From Auanema rhodensis (Eukaryota; Animalia; Nematoda), in assembly GCA_964057225.1 (NCBI GenBank), contig CAXKVF010000077.1:124001-188000 (forward strand): a DNA stretch of 64,000 nucleotides, given 5' to 3'. Of the stretch, positions 1 to 12,143 are shown piece after piece; position 1 is the first letter of the stretch; every line of letters begins with the position of its first letter. The notes under the pieces were generated by a model. It had not been told where the DNA came from. It ran no database searches and saw only the letters and a program-made list of their open reading frames with translations. Both the position numbers and the translations under genes were made by a program.

Positions 1-23
1 ACCAAGTGCACATCACGTGTACA

Positions 24-43
24 TTTAATTAGCATAAATTAAA
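24..43. repeat. Inverted repeat in each monomer: TTTAATT-agcata-AATTAAA (7-bp arms)
   Basis: The reverse complement of AATTAAA (37-43) is TTTAATT (24-30). Confidence 0.9.
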
Positions 44-63
44 GTTCACGTAACTTTCAAAGT

Positions 64-76
64 CATGGTTACCATG
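64..76. repeat. Interrupted palindrome in each monomer: CATGGT-T-ACCATG (7-bp arms when pos77=A)
   Basis: The reverse complement of ACCATG is CATGGT. TCATGGTTACCATGA occurs in A77 monomers such as M2. Confidence 0.9.
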
Positions 77-155
77 CACCAATATCAATAAAAATTTGTT
101 TTTAGACTAATATGGACATGGGGAATCTAATTTTGAAAACCGCATCTCTTTATCT

Positions 156-165
156 TTCACGTGAA
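156..165. repeat. Perfect 10-bp palindrome TTCACGTGAA (E-box core) in each monomer
   Basis: Self-reverse-complementary; read directly. Confidence 0.9.
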
Positions 166-3100
166 GCGAGTTACATACCAAGTGCACATCACGTGTACAT
201 TTAATTAGCATAAATTAAAGTTCACGTAAATTTCAAAGTCATGGTTACCATGAACCAATATCAATAAAAATTTGTTTTTAGACTAATATGGACATGGGGA
301 ATCTAATTTTGAAAACCGCATCTCTTTATCTTTCACGTGAAGCGAGTTACATACCAAGTGCACATCACGTGTACATTTAATTAGCATAAATTAAAGTTCA
401 CGTAAATTTCAAAGTCATGGTTACCATGCACCAATATCAATAAAAATTTGTTTTTAAACTAATATGGACATGGGGAATCTAATTTTGAAAACCGCATCTC
501 TTTATCTTTCACGTGAAGCGAGTTACATACCAAGTGCACATCACGTGTACATTTAATTAGCATAAATTAAAGTTCACGTAAAATTCAAAGTCATGGTTAC
601 CATGCACCAATATCAATAAAAATTTGTTTTTAGACTAGTATGGACATGGGGAATCTAATTTTGAAAACCGCATCTCTTTATCTTTCACGTGAAGCGAGTT
701 ACATACCAAGTGCACATCACGTGTACATTTAATTAGCATAAATTAAAGTTCACGTAAAATTCAAAGTCATGGTTACCATGCACCAATATCAATAAAAATT
801 TGTTTTTAGACTAGTATGGACATGGGGAATCTAATTTTGAAAACCGCATCTCTTTATCTTTCACGTGAAGCGAGTTACATACCAAGTGCACATCACGTGT
901 ACATTTAATTAGCATAAATTAAAGTTCACGTAAATTTCAAAGTCATGGTTACCATGAACCAATATCAATAAAAATTTGTTTTTAGACTAATATGGACATG
1001 GGGAATCTAATTTTGGAAACCGCATCTCTTTATCTTTCACGTGAAGCGAGTTACATACCAAGTGCACATCACGTGTACATTTAATTAGCATAAATTAAAG
1101 TTCACGTAAATTTCAAAGTCATGGTTACCATGAACCAATATCAATAAAAATTTGTTTTTAGACTAATATGGACATGGGGAATCTAATTTTGAAAACCGCA
1201 TCTCTTTATCTTTCACGTGAAGCGAGTTACATACCAAGTGCACATCACGTGTACATTTAATTAGCATAAATTAAAGTTCACGTAAATTTCAAAATCATGG
1301 TTACCATGAACCAATATCAATAAAAATTTGTTTTTAGACTAATATGGACATGGGGAATCTAATTTTGAAAACCGCATCTCTTTATCTTTCACGTGAAGCG
1401 AGTTACATACCAAGTGCACATCACGTGTACATTTAATTAGCATAAATTAAAGTTCACGTAACTTTCAAAGTCATGGTTACCATGCACCAATATCAATAAA
1501 AATTTGTTTTTAGACTAATATGGACATGGGGAATCTAATTTTGAAAACCGCATCTCTTTATCTTTCACGTGAAGCGAGTTACATACCAAGTGCACATCAC
1601 GTGTACATTTAATTAGCATAAATTAAAGTTCACGTAAATTTCAAAGTCATGGTTACCATGCACCAATATCAATAAAAATTTGTTTTTAGACTAATATGGA
1701 CATGGGGAATCTAATTTTGAATACCGCATCTCTTTATCTTTCACGTGAAGCGAGTTACATACCAAGTGCACATCACGTTTACATTTAATTAGCATAAATT
1801 AAAGTTCACGTAAATTTCAAAGTCATGGTTACCATGCACCAATATCAATAAAAATTTGTTTTTAGACTAATATGGACATGGGGAATCTAATTTTGAAAAC
1901 CGCATCTCTTTATCTTTCACGTGAAGCGAGTTACATACCAAGTGCACATCACGTGTACATTTAATTAGCATAAATTAAAGTTCACGTAAATTTCAAAGTC
2001 ATGGTTACCATGAACCAATATCAATAAAAATTTGTTTTTAGACTAATATGGACATGGGGAATCTAATTTTGAAAACCGCATCTCTTTATCTTTCACGTGA
2101 AGCGAGTTACATACCAAGTGCACATCACGTGTACATTTAATTAGCATAAATTAAAGTTCACGTAAATTTCAAAGTCATGGTTACCATGCACCAATATCAA
2201 TAAAAATTTGTTTTTAAACTAATATGGACATGGGGAATCTAATTTTGAAAACCGCATCTTTTTATCTTTCACGTGAAGCGAGTTACATACCAAGTGCACA
2301 TCACGTGTACATTTAATTAGCATAAATTAAAGTTCACGTAAATTTCAAAGTCATGGTTACCATGCACCAATATCAATAAAAATTTGTTTTTAGACTAATA
2401 TAGACATAAGGAATCTAATTTTGAAAACCGCATCTCTTTATCTTTCACGTGAAGCGAGTTACATACCAAGTGCACATCACGTGTACATTTAATTAGCATA
2501 AATTAAAGTTCACGTAACTTTCAAAGTCATGGTTACCATGCACCAATATCAATAAAAATTTGTTTTTAGACTAATATGGACATGGGGAATCTAATTTTGA
2601 AAACCGCATCTCTTTATCATTCACGTGAAGCGAGTTGCATACCAAGTGCACATCACGTGTACATTTAATTAGCATAAATTAAAGTTCACGTAAATTTCAA
2701 AGTCATGGTTACCATGAACCAATATCAATAAAAATTTGTTTTTAGACTAATATGGACATGGGGAATCTAATTTTGAAAACCGCATCTCTTTATCTTTCAC
2801 GTGAAGCGAGTTACATACCAAGTGCATATCACGTGTACATTTAATTAGCATAAATTAAAGTTCACGTAAATTTCAAAGTCATGGTTACCATGCACCAATA
2901 TCAATAAAAATTTGTTTTTAAACTAATATGGACATGGGGAATCTAATTTTGAAAACCGCATCTCTTTATCTTTCACGTGAAGCGAGTTACATACCAAGTG
3001 CACATCACGTGTACATTTAATTAGCATAAATTAAAGTTCACGTAAAATTCAAAGTCATGGTTACCATGCACCAATATCAATAAAAATTTGTTTTTAGACT

Positions 3101-4576
3101 AATATGGACATGGGGAATCTAATTTTGAAAACCGCATCTCTTTATCTTTCACGTGAAGCGAGTTACATACCAAGTGCACATCACGTGTACATTTAATTAG
3201 CATAAATTAAAGTTCACGTAAATTTCAAAGTCATGGTTACCATGAACCAATATCAATAAAAATTTGTTTTTAGACTAATATGGACATGGGGAATCTAATT
3301 TTGGAAACCGCATCTCTTTATCTTTCACGTGAAGCGAGTTACATACCAAGTGCACATCACGTGTACATTTAATTAGCATAAATTAAAGTTCACGTAACTT
3401 TCAAAGTCATGGTTACCATGAAGCAATATCAATAAAAATTTGTTTTTAGACTAATATGGACATGGGGAATCTAATTTTGAAAACCGCATCTCTTTATCTT
3501 TCACGTGAAGCGAGTTACATACCAAGTGCACATCACGTGTACATTTAATTAGCATAAATTAAAGTTCACGTAAATTTCAAAGTCATGGTTACCATGCACC
3601 AATATCAATAAAAATTTGTTTTTAGACTAATATGGACATAAGGAATCTAATTTTGAAAACCGCATCTCTTTATCTTTCACGTGAAGCGAGTTACATACCA
3701 AGTGCACATCACGTGTACATTTAATTAGCATAAATTAAAGTTCACGTAACTTTCAAAGTCATGGTTACCATGCACCAATATCAATGAAAATTTGTTTTTA
3801 GACTAATATGGACATGGGGAATCTAATTTTGGAAACCGCATCTCTTTATCTTTCACGTGAAGCGAGTTACATACCAAGTGCATATCACGTGTACATTTAA
3901 TTAGCATAAATTAAAGTTCACGTAAATTTCAAAGTCATGGTTACCATGAACCAATATCAATAAAAATTTGTTTTTAGACTAATATGGACATGGGGAATCT
4001 AATTTTGAAAACCGCATCTCTTTATCTTTCACGTGAAGCGAGTTACATACCAAGTGCACATCACGTGTACATTTAATTAGCATAAATTAAAGTTCACGTA
4101 AATTTCAAAGTCATGGTTACCATGCACCAATATCAATAAAAATTTGTTTTTAAACTAATATGGACATGGGGAATCTAATTTTGAAAACCGCATCTCTTTA
4201 TCTTTCACGTGAAGCGAGTTACATACCAAGTGCACATCACGTGTACATTTAATTAGCATAAATTAAAGTTCACGTAAAATTCAAAGTCATGGTTACCATG
4301 CACCAATATCAATAAAAATTTGTTTTTAGACTAATATGGACATGGGGAATCTAATTTTGAAAACCGCATCTCTTTATCTTTCACGTGAAGCGAGTTACAT
4401 ACCAAGTGCACATCACGTGTACATTTAATTAGCATAAATTAAAGTTCACGTAAATTTCAAAGTCATGGTTACCATGCACCAATATCAATAAAAATTTGTT
4501 TTTAAACTAATATGGACATGGGGAATCTAATTTTGAAAACCGCATCTCTTTATCTTTCACGTGAAGCGAGTTACAT

Positions 4577-6336
4577 ACCAAGTGCACATCACGTGTACAT
4601 TTAATTAGCATAAATTAAAGTTCACGTAAAATTCAAAGTCATGGTTACCATGCACCAATATCAATAAAAATTTGTTTTTAGACTAATATGGACATGGGGA
4701 ATCTAATTTTGAAAACCGCATCTCTTTATCTTTCACGTGAAGCGAGTTACATACCAAGTGCACATCACGTGTACATTTAATTAGCATAAATTAAAGTTCA
4801 CGTAAATTTCAAAGTCATGGTTACCATGCACCAATATCAATAAAAATTTGTTTTTAAACTAATATGGACATGGGGAATCTAATTTTGAAAACCGCATCTC
4901 TTTATCTTTCACGTGAAGCGAGTTACATACCAAGTGCACATCACGTGTACATTTAATTAGCATAAATTAAAGTTCACGTAAAATTCAAAGTCATGGTTAC
5001 CATGAAGCAATATCAATAAAAATTTGTTTTTAGACTAATATGGACATGGGGAATCTAATTTTGAAAACCGCATCTCTTTATCTTTCACGTGAAGCGAGTT
5101 ACATACCAAGTGCACATCACGTGTACATTTAATTAGCATAAATTAAAGTTCACGTAAATTTCAAAGTCATGGTTACCATGAACCAATATCAATAAAAATT
5201 TGTTTTTAGACTAATATGGACATGGGGAATCTAATTTTGAAAACCGCATCTCTTTATCTTTCACGTGAAGCGAGTTACATACCAAGTGCACATCACGTGT
5301 ACATTTAATTAGCATAAATTAAAGTTCACGTAACTTTCAAAGTCATGGTTACCATGCACCAATATCAATAAAAATTTGTTTTTAGACTAATATGGACATG
5401 GGGAATCTAATTTTGAAAACCGCATCTCTTTATCTTTCACGTGAAGCGAGTTACATACCAAGTGCACATCACGTGTACATTTAATTAGCATAAATTAAAG
5501 TTCACGTAAAATTCAAAGTCATGGTTACCATGCACCAATATCAATAAAAATTTGTTTTTAGACTAATATGGACATGGGGAATCTAATTTTGAAAACCGCA
5601 TCTCTTTATCTTTCACGTGAAGCGAGTTACATACCAAGTGCACATCACGTGTACATTTAATTAGCATAAATTAAAGTTCACGTAAATTTCGAAGTCATGG
5701 TTACCATGCACCAATATCAATAAAAATTTGTTTTTAAACTAATATGGACATGGGGAATCTAATTTTGAAAACCGCATCTCTTTATCTTTCACGTGAAGCG
5801 AGTTACATACCAAGTGCACATCACGTGTACATTTAATTAGCATAAATTAAAGTTCACGTAAAATTCAAAGTCATGGTTACCATGAAGCAATATCAATAAA
5901 AATTTGTTTTTAGACTAATATGGACATGGGGAATCTAATTTTGAAAACCGCATCTCTTTATCTTTCACGTGAAGCGAGTTACATACCAAGTGCACATCAC
6001 GTGTACATTTAATTAGCATAAATTAAAGTTCACGTAAATTTCAAAGTCATGGTTACCATGAACCAATATCAATAAAAATTTGTTTTTAGACTAATATGGA
6101 CATGGGGAATCTAATTTTGAAAACCGCATCTCTTTATCTTTCACGTGAAGCGAGTTACATACCAAGTGCACATCACGTGTACATTTAATTAGCATAAATT
6201 AAAGTTCACGTAACTTTCAAAGTCATGGTTACCATGCACCAATATCAATAAAAATTTGTTTTTAGACTAATATGGACATGGGGAATCTAATTTTGAGAAC
6301 CGCATCTCTTTATCTTTCACGTGAAGCGAGTTACAT
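4577..6336. repeat. Tandem 5-monomer higher-order duplication (M27-31 and M32-36)
   Basis: The order T55A; G105A; T55A+A77/G79; A77; A54C occurs twice at an 880-bp offset. Confidence 0.75.
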
Positions 6337-8096
6337 ACCAAGTGCACATCACGTGTACATTTAATTAGCATAAATTAAAGTTCACGTAAATTTCAAAGTC
6401 ATGGTTACCATGAACCAATATCAATAAAAATTTGTTTTTAGACTAATATGGACATGGGGAATCTAATTTTGAAAACCGCATCTCTTTATCTTTCACGTGA
6501 AGCGAGTTACATACCAAGTGCACATCACGTGTACATTTAATTAGCATAAATTAAAGTTCACGTAAATTTCAAAGTCATGGTTACCATGCACCAATATCAA
6601 TAAAAATTTGTTTTTAAACTAATATGGACATGGGGAATCTAATTTTGAAAACCGCATTTCTTTATCTTTCACGTGAAGCGAGTTACATACCAAGTGCACA
6701 TCACGTGTACATTTAATTAGCATAAATTAAAGTTCACGTAAAATTCAAAGTCATGGTTACCATGCACCAATATCAATAAAAATTTGTTTTTAGACTAGTA
6801 TGGACATGGGGAATCTAATTTTGAAAACCGCATCTCTTTATCTTTCACGTGAAGCGAGTTACATACCAAGTGCACATCACGTGTACATTTAATTAGCATA
6901 AATTAAAGTTCACGTAAAATTCAAAGTCATGGTTACCATGCACCAATATCAATAAAAATTTGTTTTTAGACTAGTATGGACATGGGGAATCTAATTTTGA
7001 AAACCGCATCTCTTTATCTTTCACGTGAAGCGAGTTACATACCAAGTGCACATCACGTGTACATTTAATTAGCATAAATTAAAGTTCACGTAAATTTCAA
7101 AGTCATGGTTACCATGAACCAATATCAATAAAAATTTGTTTTTAGACTAATATGGACATGGGGAATCTAATTTTGGAAACCGCATCTCTTTATCTTTCAC
7201 GTGAAGCGAGTTACATACCAAGTGCACATCACGTGTACATTTAATTAGCATAAATTAAAGTTCACGTAAATTTCAAAGTCATGGTTACCATGAACCAATA
7301 TCAATAAAAATTTGTTTTTAGACTAATATGGACATGGGGAATCTAATTTTGAAAACCGCATCTCTTTATCTTTCACGTGAAGCGAGTTACATACCAAGTG
7401 CACATCACGTGTACATTTAATTAGCATAAATTAAAGTTCACGTAAATTTCAAAGTCATGGTTACCATGAACCAATATCAATAAAAATTTGTTTTTAGACT
7501 AATATGGACATGGGGAATCTAATTTTGAAAACCGCATCTCTTTATCTTTCACGTGAAGCGAGTTACATACCAAGTGCACATCACGTGTACATTTAATTAG
7601 CATAAATTAAAGTTCACGTAACTTTCAAAGTCATGGTTACCATGCACCAATATCAATAAAAATTTGTTTTTAGACTAATATGGACATGGGGAATCTAATT
7701 TTGAAAACCGCATCTCTTTATCTTTCACGTGAAGCGAGTTACATACCAAATGCACATCACGTGTACATTTAATTAGCATAAATTAAAGTTCACGTAAATT
7801 TCAAAGTCATGGTTACCATGCACCAATATCAATAAAAATTTGTTTTTAGACTAATATGGACATGGGGAATCTAATTTTGAATACCGCATCTCTTTATCTT
7901 TCACGTGAAGCGAGTTACATACCAAGTGCACATCACGTTTACATTTAATTAGCATAAATTAAAGTTCACGTAAATTTCAAAGTCATGGTTACCATGCACC
8001 AATATCAATAAAAATTTGTTTTTAGACTAATATGGACATGGGGAATCTAATTTTGAAAACCGCATCTCTTTATCTTTCACGTGAAGCGAGTTACAT

Positions 8097-11000
8097 ACCA
8101 AGTGCACATCACGTGTACATTTAATTAGCATAAATTAAAGTTCACGTAAATTTCAAAGTCATGGTTACCATGCACCAATATCAATAAAAATTTGTTTTTA
8201 GACTAATATGGACATAAGGAATCTAATTTTGAAAACCGCATCTCTTTATCTTTCACGTGAAGCGAGTTACATACCAAGTGCACATCACGTGTACATTTAA
8301 TTAGCATAAATTAAAGTTCACGTAACTTTCAAAGTCATGGTTACCATGCACCAATATCAATAAAAATTTGTTTTTAGACTAATATGGACATGGGGAATCT
8401 AATTTTGAAAACCGCATCTCTTTATCTTTCACGTGAAGCGAGTTACATACCAAGTGCACATCACGTGTACATTTAATTAGCATAAATTAAAGTTCACGTA
8501 AATTTCAAAGTCATGGTTACCATGCACCAATATCAATAAAAATTTGTTTTTAAACTAATATGGACATGGGGAATCTAATTTTGAAAACCGCATCTCTTTA
8601 TCTTTCACGTGAAGCGAGTTACATACCAAGTGCACATCACGTGTACATTTAATTAGCATAAATTAAAGTTCACGTAAAATTCAAAGTCATGGTTACCATG
8701 CACCAATATCAATAAAAATTAGTTTTTAGACTAATATGGACATGGGGAATCTAATTTTGAAAACCGCATCTCTTTATCTTTCACGTGAAGCGAGTTACAT
8801 ACCAAGTGCACATCACGTGTACATTTAATTAGCATAAATTAAAGTTCACATAAATTTCAAAGTCATGGTTACCATGAACCAATATCAATAAAAATTTGTT
8901 TTTAGACTAATATGGACATGGGGAATCTAATTTTGGAAACCGCATCTCTTTATCTTTCACGTGAAGCGAGTTACATACCAAGTGCACATCACGTGTACAT
9001 TTAATTAGCATAAATTAAAGTTCACGTAACTTTCAAAGTCATGGTTACCATGAAGCAATATCAATAAAAATTTGTTTTTAGACTAATATGGACATGGGGA
9101 ATCTAATTTTGAAAACCGCATCTCTTTATCTTTCACGTGAAGCGAGTTACATACCAAGTGCACATCACGTGTACATTTAATTAGCATAAATTAAAGTTCA
9201 CGTAAATTTCAAAGTCATGGTTACCATGAACCAATATCAATAAAAATTTGTTTTTAGACTAATATGGACATGGGGAATCTAATTTTGAAAACCGCATCTC
9301 TTTATCTTTCACGTGAAGCGAGTTACATACCAAGTGCACATCACGTGTACATTTAATTAGCATAAATTAAAGTTCACGTAAATTTCAAAGTCATGGTTAC
9401 CATGAACCAATATCAATAAAAATTTGTTTTTAGACTAATATGGACATGGGGAATCTAATTTTGAAAACCGCATCTCTTTATCTTTCACGTGAAGCGAGTT
9501 ACATACCAAGTGCACATCACGTGTACATTTAATTAGCATAAATTAAAGTTCACGTAAATTTCAAAGTCATGGTTACCATGAACCAATATCAATAAAAATT
9601 TGTTTTTAGACTAATATGGACATGGGGAATCTAATTTTGAAAACCGCATCTCTTTATCTTTCACGTGAAGCGAGTTACATACCAAGTGCACATCACGTGT
9701 ACATTTAATTAGCATAAATTAAAGTTCACGTAAATTTCAAAGTCATGGTTACCATGAACCAATATCAATAAAAATTTGTTTTTAGACTAATATGGACATG
9801 GGGAATCTAATTTTGAAAACCGCATCTCTTTATCTTTCACGTGAAGCGAGTTACATACCAAGTGCACATCACGTGTACATTTAATTAGCATAAATTAAAG
9901 TTCACCTAAATTTCAAAGTCATGGTTACCATGAAGCAATATCAATAAAAATTTGTTTTTAGACTAATATGGACATGGGGAATCTAATTTTGAAAACCGCA
10001 TCTCTTTATCTTTCACGTGAAGCGAGTTACATACCAAGTGCACATCACGTGTACATTTAATTAGCATAAATTAAAGTTCACGTAAATTTCAAAGTCATGG
10101 TTACCATGAACCAATATCAATAAAAATTTGTTTGAAACTAATATGGACATGGGGAATCTAATTTTGAAAACCGCATCTCTTTATCTTTCACGTGAAGCGA
10201 GTTACATACCAAGTGCACATCACGTGTACATTTAATTAGCATAAATTAAAGTTCACGTAAATTTCAAAGTCATGGTTACCATTAAGCAATATCAATAAAA
10301 ATTTGTTTTTAGACTAATATGGACATGGGGAATCTAATTTTGAAAATCGCATCTCTTTATCTTTCACGTGAAGCGAGTTACATACCAAGTGCACATCACG
10401 TGTACATTTAATTAGCATAAATTAAAGTTCACGTAAATTTCAAAGTCATGGTTACCATGAACCAATATCAATAAAAATTTGTTTTTAGACTAATATGGAC
10501 ATGGGGAATCTAATTTTGAAAACCGCATCTCTTTATCTTTCACGTGAAGCGAGTTACATACCAAGTGCACATCACGTGTACATTTAATTAGCATAAATTA
10601 AAGTTCACGTAAATTTCAAAGTCATGGTTACCATGCACCAATATCAATAAAAATTTGTTTTTAGACTAATATGGACATAAGGAATCTAATTTTGAAAACC
10701 GCATCTCTTTATCTTTCACGTGAAGCGAGTTACATACCAAGTGCACATCACGTGTACATTTAATTAGCATAAATTAAAGTTCACGTAACTTTCAAAGTCA
10801 TGGTTACCATGCACCAATATCAATAAAAATTTGTTTTTAGACTAATATGGACATGGGGAATCTAATTTTGAAAACCGCATCTCTTTATCTTTCACGTGAA
10901 GCGAGTTACATACCAAGTGCACATCACGTGTACATTTAATTAGCATAAATTAAAGTTCACGTAAATTTCAAAGTCATGGTTACCATGCACCAATATCAAT

Positions 11001-11967
11001 AAAAATTTGTTTTTAAACTAATATGGACATGGGGAATCTAATTTTGAAAACCGCATCTCTTTATCTTTCACGTGAAGCGAGTTACATACCAAGTGCACAT
11101 CACGTGTACATTTAATTAGCATAAATTAAAGTTCACGTAAAATTCAAAGTCATGGTTACCATGCACCAATATCAATAAAAATTAGTTTTTAGACTAATAT
11201 GGACATGGGGAATCTAATTTTGAAAACCGCATCTCTTTATCTTTCACGTGAAGCGAGTTACATACCAAGTGCACATCACGTGTACATTTAATTAGCATAA
11301 ATTAAAGTTCACATAAATTTCAAAGTCATGGTTACCATGAACCAATATCAATAAAAATTTGTTTTTAGACTAATATGGACATGGGGAATCTAATTTTGGA
11401 AACCGCATCTCTTTATCTTTCACGTGAAGCGAGTTACATACCAAGTGCACATCACGTGTACATTTAATTAGCATAAATTAAAGTTCACGTAACTTTCAAA
11501 GTCATGGTTACCATGAAGCAATATCAATAAAAATTTGTTTTTAGACTAATATGGACATGGGGAATCTAATTTTGAAAACCGCATCTCTTTATCTTTCACG
11601 TGAAGCGAGTTACATACCAAGTGCACATCACGTGTACATTTAATTAGCATAAATTAAAGTTCACGTAAATTTCAAAGTCATGGTTACCATGAACCAATAT
11701 CAATAAAAATTTGTTTTTAGACTAATATGGACATGGGGAATCTAATTTTGAAAACCGCATCTCTTTATCTTTCACGTGAAGCGAGTTACATACCAAGTGC
11801 ACATCACGTGTACATTTAATTAGCATAAATTAAAGTTCACGTAAATTTCAAAGTCATGGTTACCATGAACCAATATCAATAAAAATTTGTTTTTAGACTA
11901 ATATGGACATGGGGAATCTAATTTTGAAAACCGCATCTCTTTATCTTTCACGTGAAGCGAGTTACAT
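8097..11967. repeat. 8-monomer duplication: 8097-9504 (M47-54) matches 10560-11967 (M61-68)
   Basis: Shared rare variants GG120-121AA, T97A and G50A+A136G in the same order; offset 14 monomers. Confidence 0.85.
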
Positions 11968-12143
11968 ACCAAGTGCACATCACGTGTACATTTAATTAGC
12001 ATAAATTAAAGTTCACGTAAATTTCAAAGTCATGGTTACCATGAACCAATATCAATAAAAATTTGTTTTTAGACTAATATGGACATGGGTAATCTAATTT
12101 TGAAAATCGCATCTCTTTATCTTTCACGTGAAGCGAGTTACAT

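Larger units (their letters stand above)
1..176. repeat. Representative monomer; consensus ACCAAGTGCACATCACGTGTACATTTAATTAGCATAAATTAAAGTTCACGTAAATTTCAAAGTCATGGTTACCATG(C/A)ACCAATATCAATAAAAATTTGTTTTTAGACTAATATGGACATGGGGAATCTAATTTTGAAAACCGCATCTCTTTATCTTTCACGTGAAGCGAGTTACAT
   Basis: Read directly. 57/176 G+C with the C77 allele and 5 CpG. Carries ApaLI (GTGCAC, 6-11), PmlI (CACGTG, 14-19 and 158-163), BsrGI (TGTACA, 18-23) and BstEII (GGTTACC, 67-73) sites. M1 itself has the minor A54C variant. Confidence 0.97.
1..8096. repeat. Dispersed duplication of at least 11 monomers: 1-1936 (M1-11) matches 6161-8096 (M36-46)
   Basis: Same ordered rare variants in both copies: two adjacent ACTAGT (A110G) monomers, then A136G, A138T and G19T. 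Offset is 35 monomers (6160 bp), with about 4 differences. Confidence 0.85.

Noticed and set aside
28-35. Octamer-like ATGCTAAT on the minus strand, suggesting an snRNA-type promoter or POU site
   Set aside because: Single non-canonical short motif; no recognisable snRNA, 5S or tRNA gene or A/B boxes in the monomer.
87-103. AATAAA followed by a GT/T-rich tract, resembling a polyadenylation signal or Pol III terminator
   Set aside because: Common by chance in 68% AT DNA; there is no associated gene or transcript evidence.
1-176. CENP-B box (NTTCGNNNNANNCGGGN)
   Set aside because: The consensus has neither TTCG with CGGG nor the reverse-strand CCCG with CGAA.
1-176. Assignment to known satellites of similar length (Brassica CentBr 176 bp, Arabidopsis CEN180, primate alpha satellite, honeybee AluI repeat)
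   Set aside because: Only the length agrees. I recognise no sequence similarity, and the consensus lacks HindIII and AluI sites. A database search is needed.
112-204. 30-codon ORF MDMGNLILKTASLYLSREASYIPSAHHVYI present in most monomers
   Set aside because: Length is expected by chance, there is no recognisable domain, and variants show no evident codon-position pattern.
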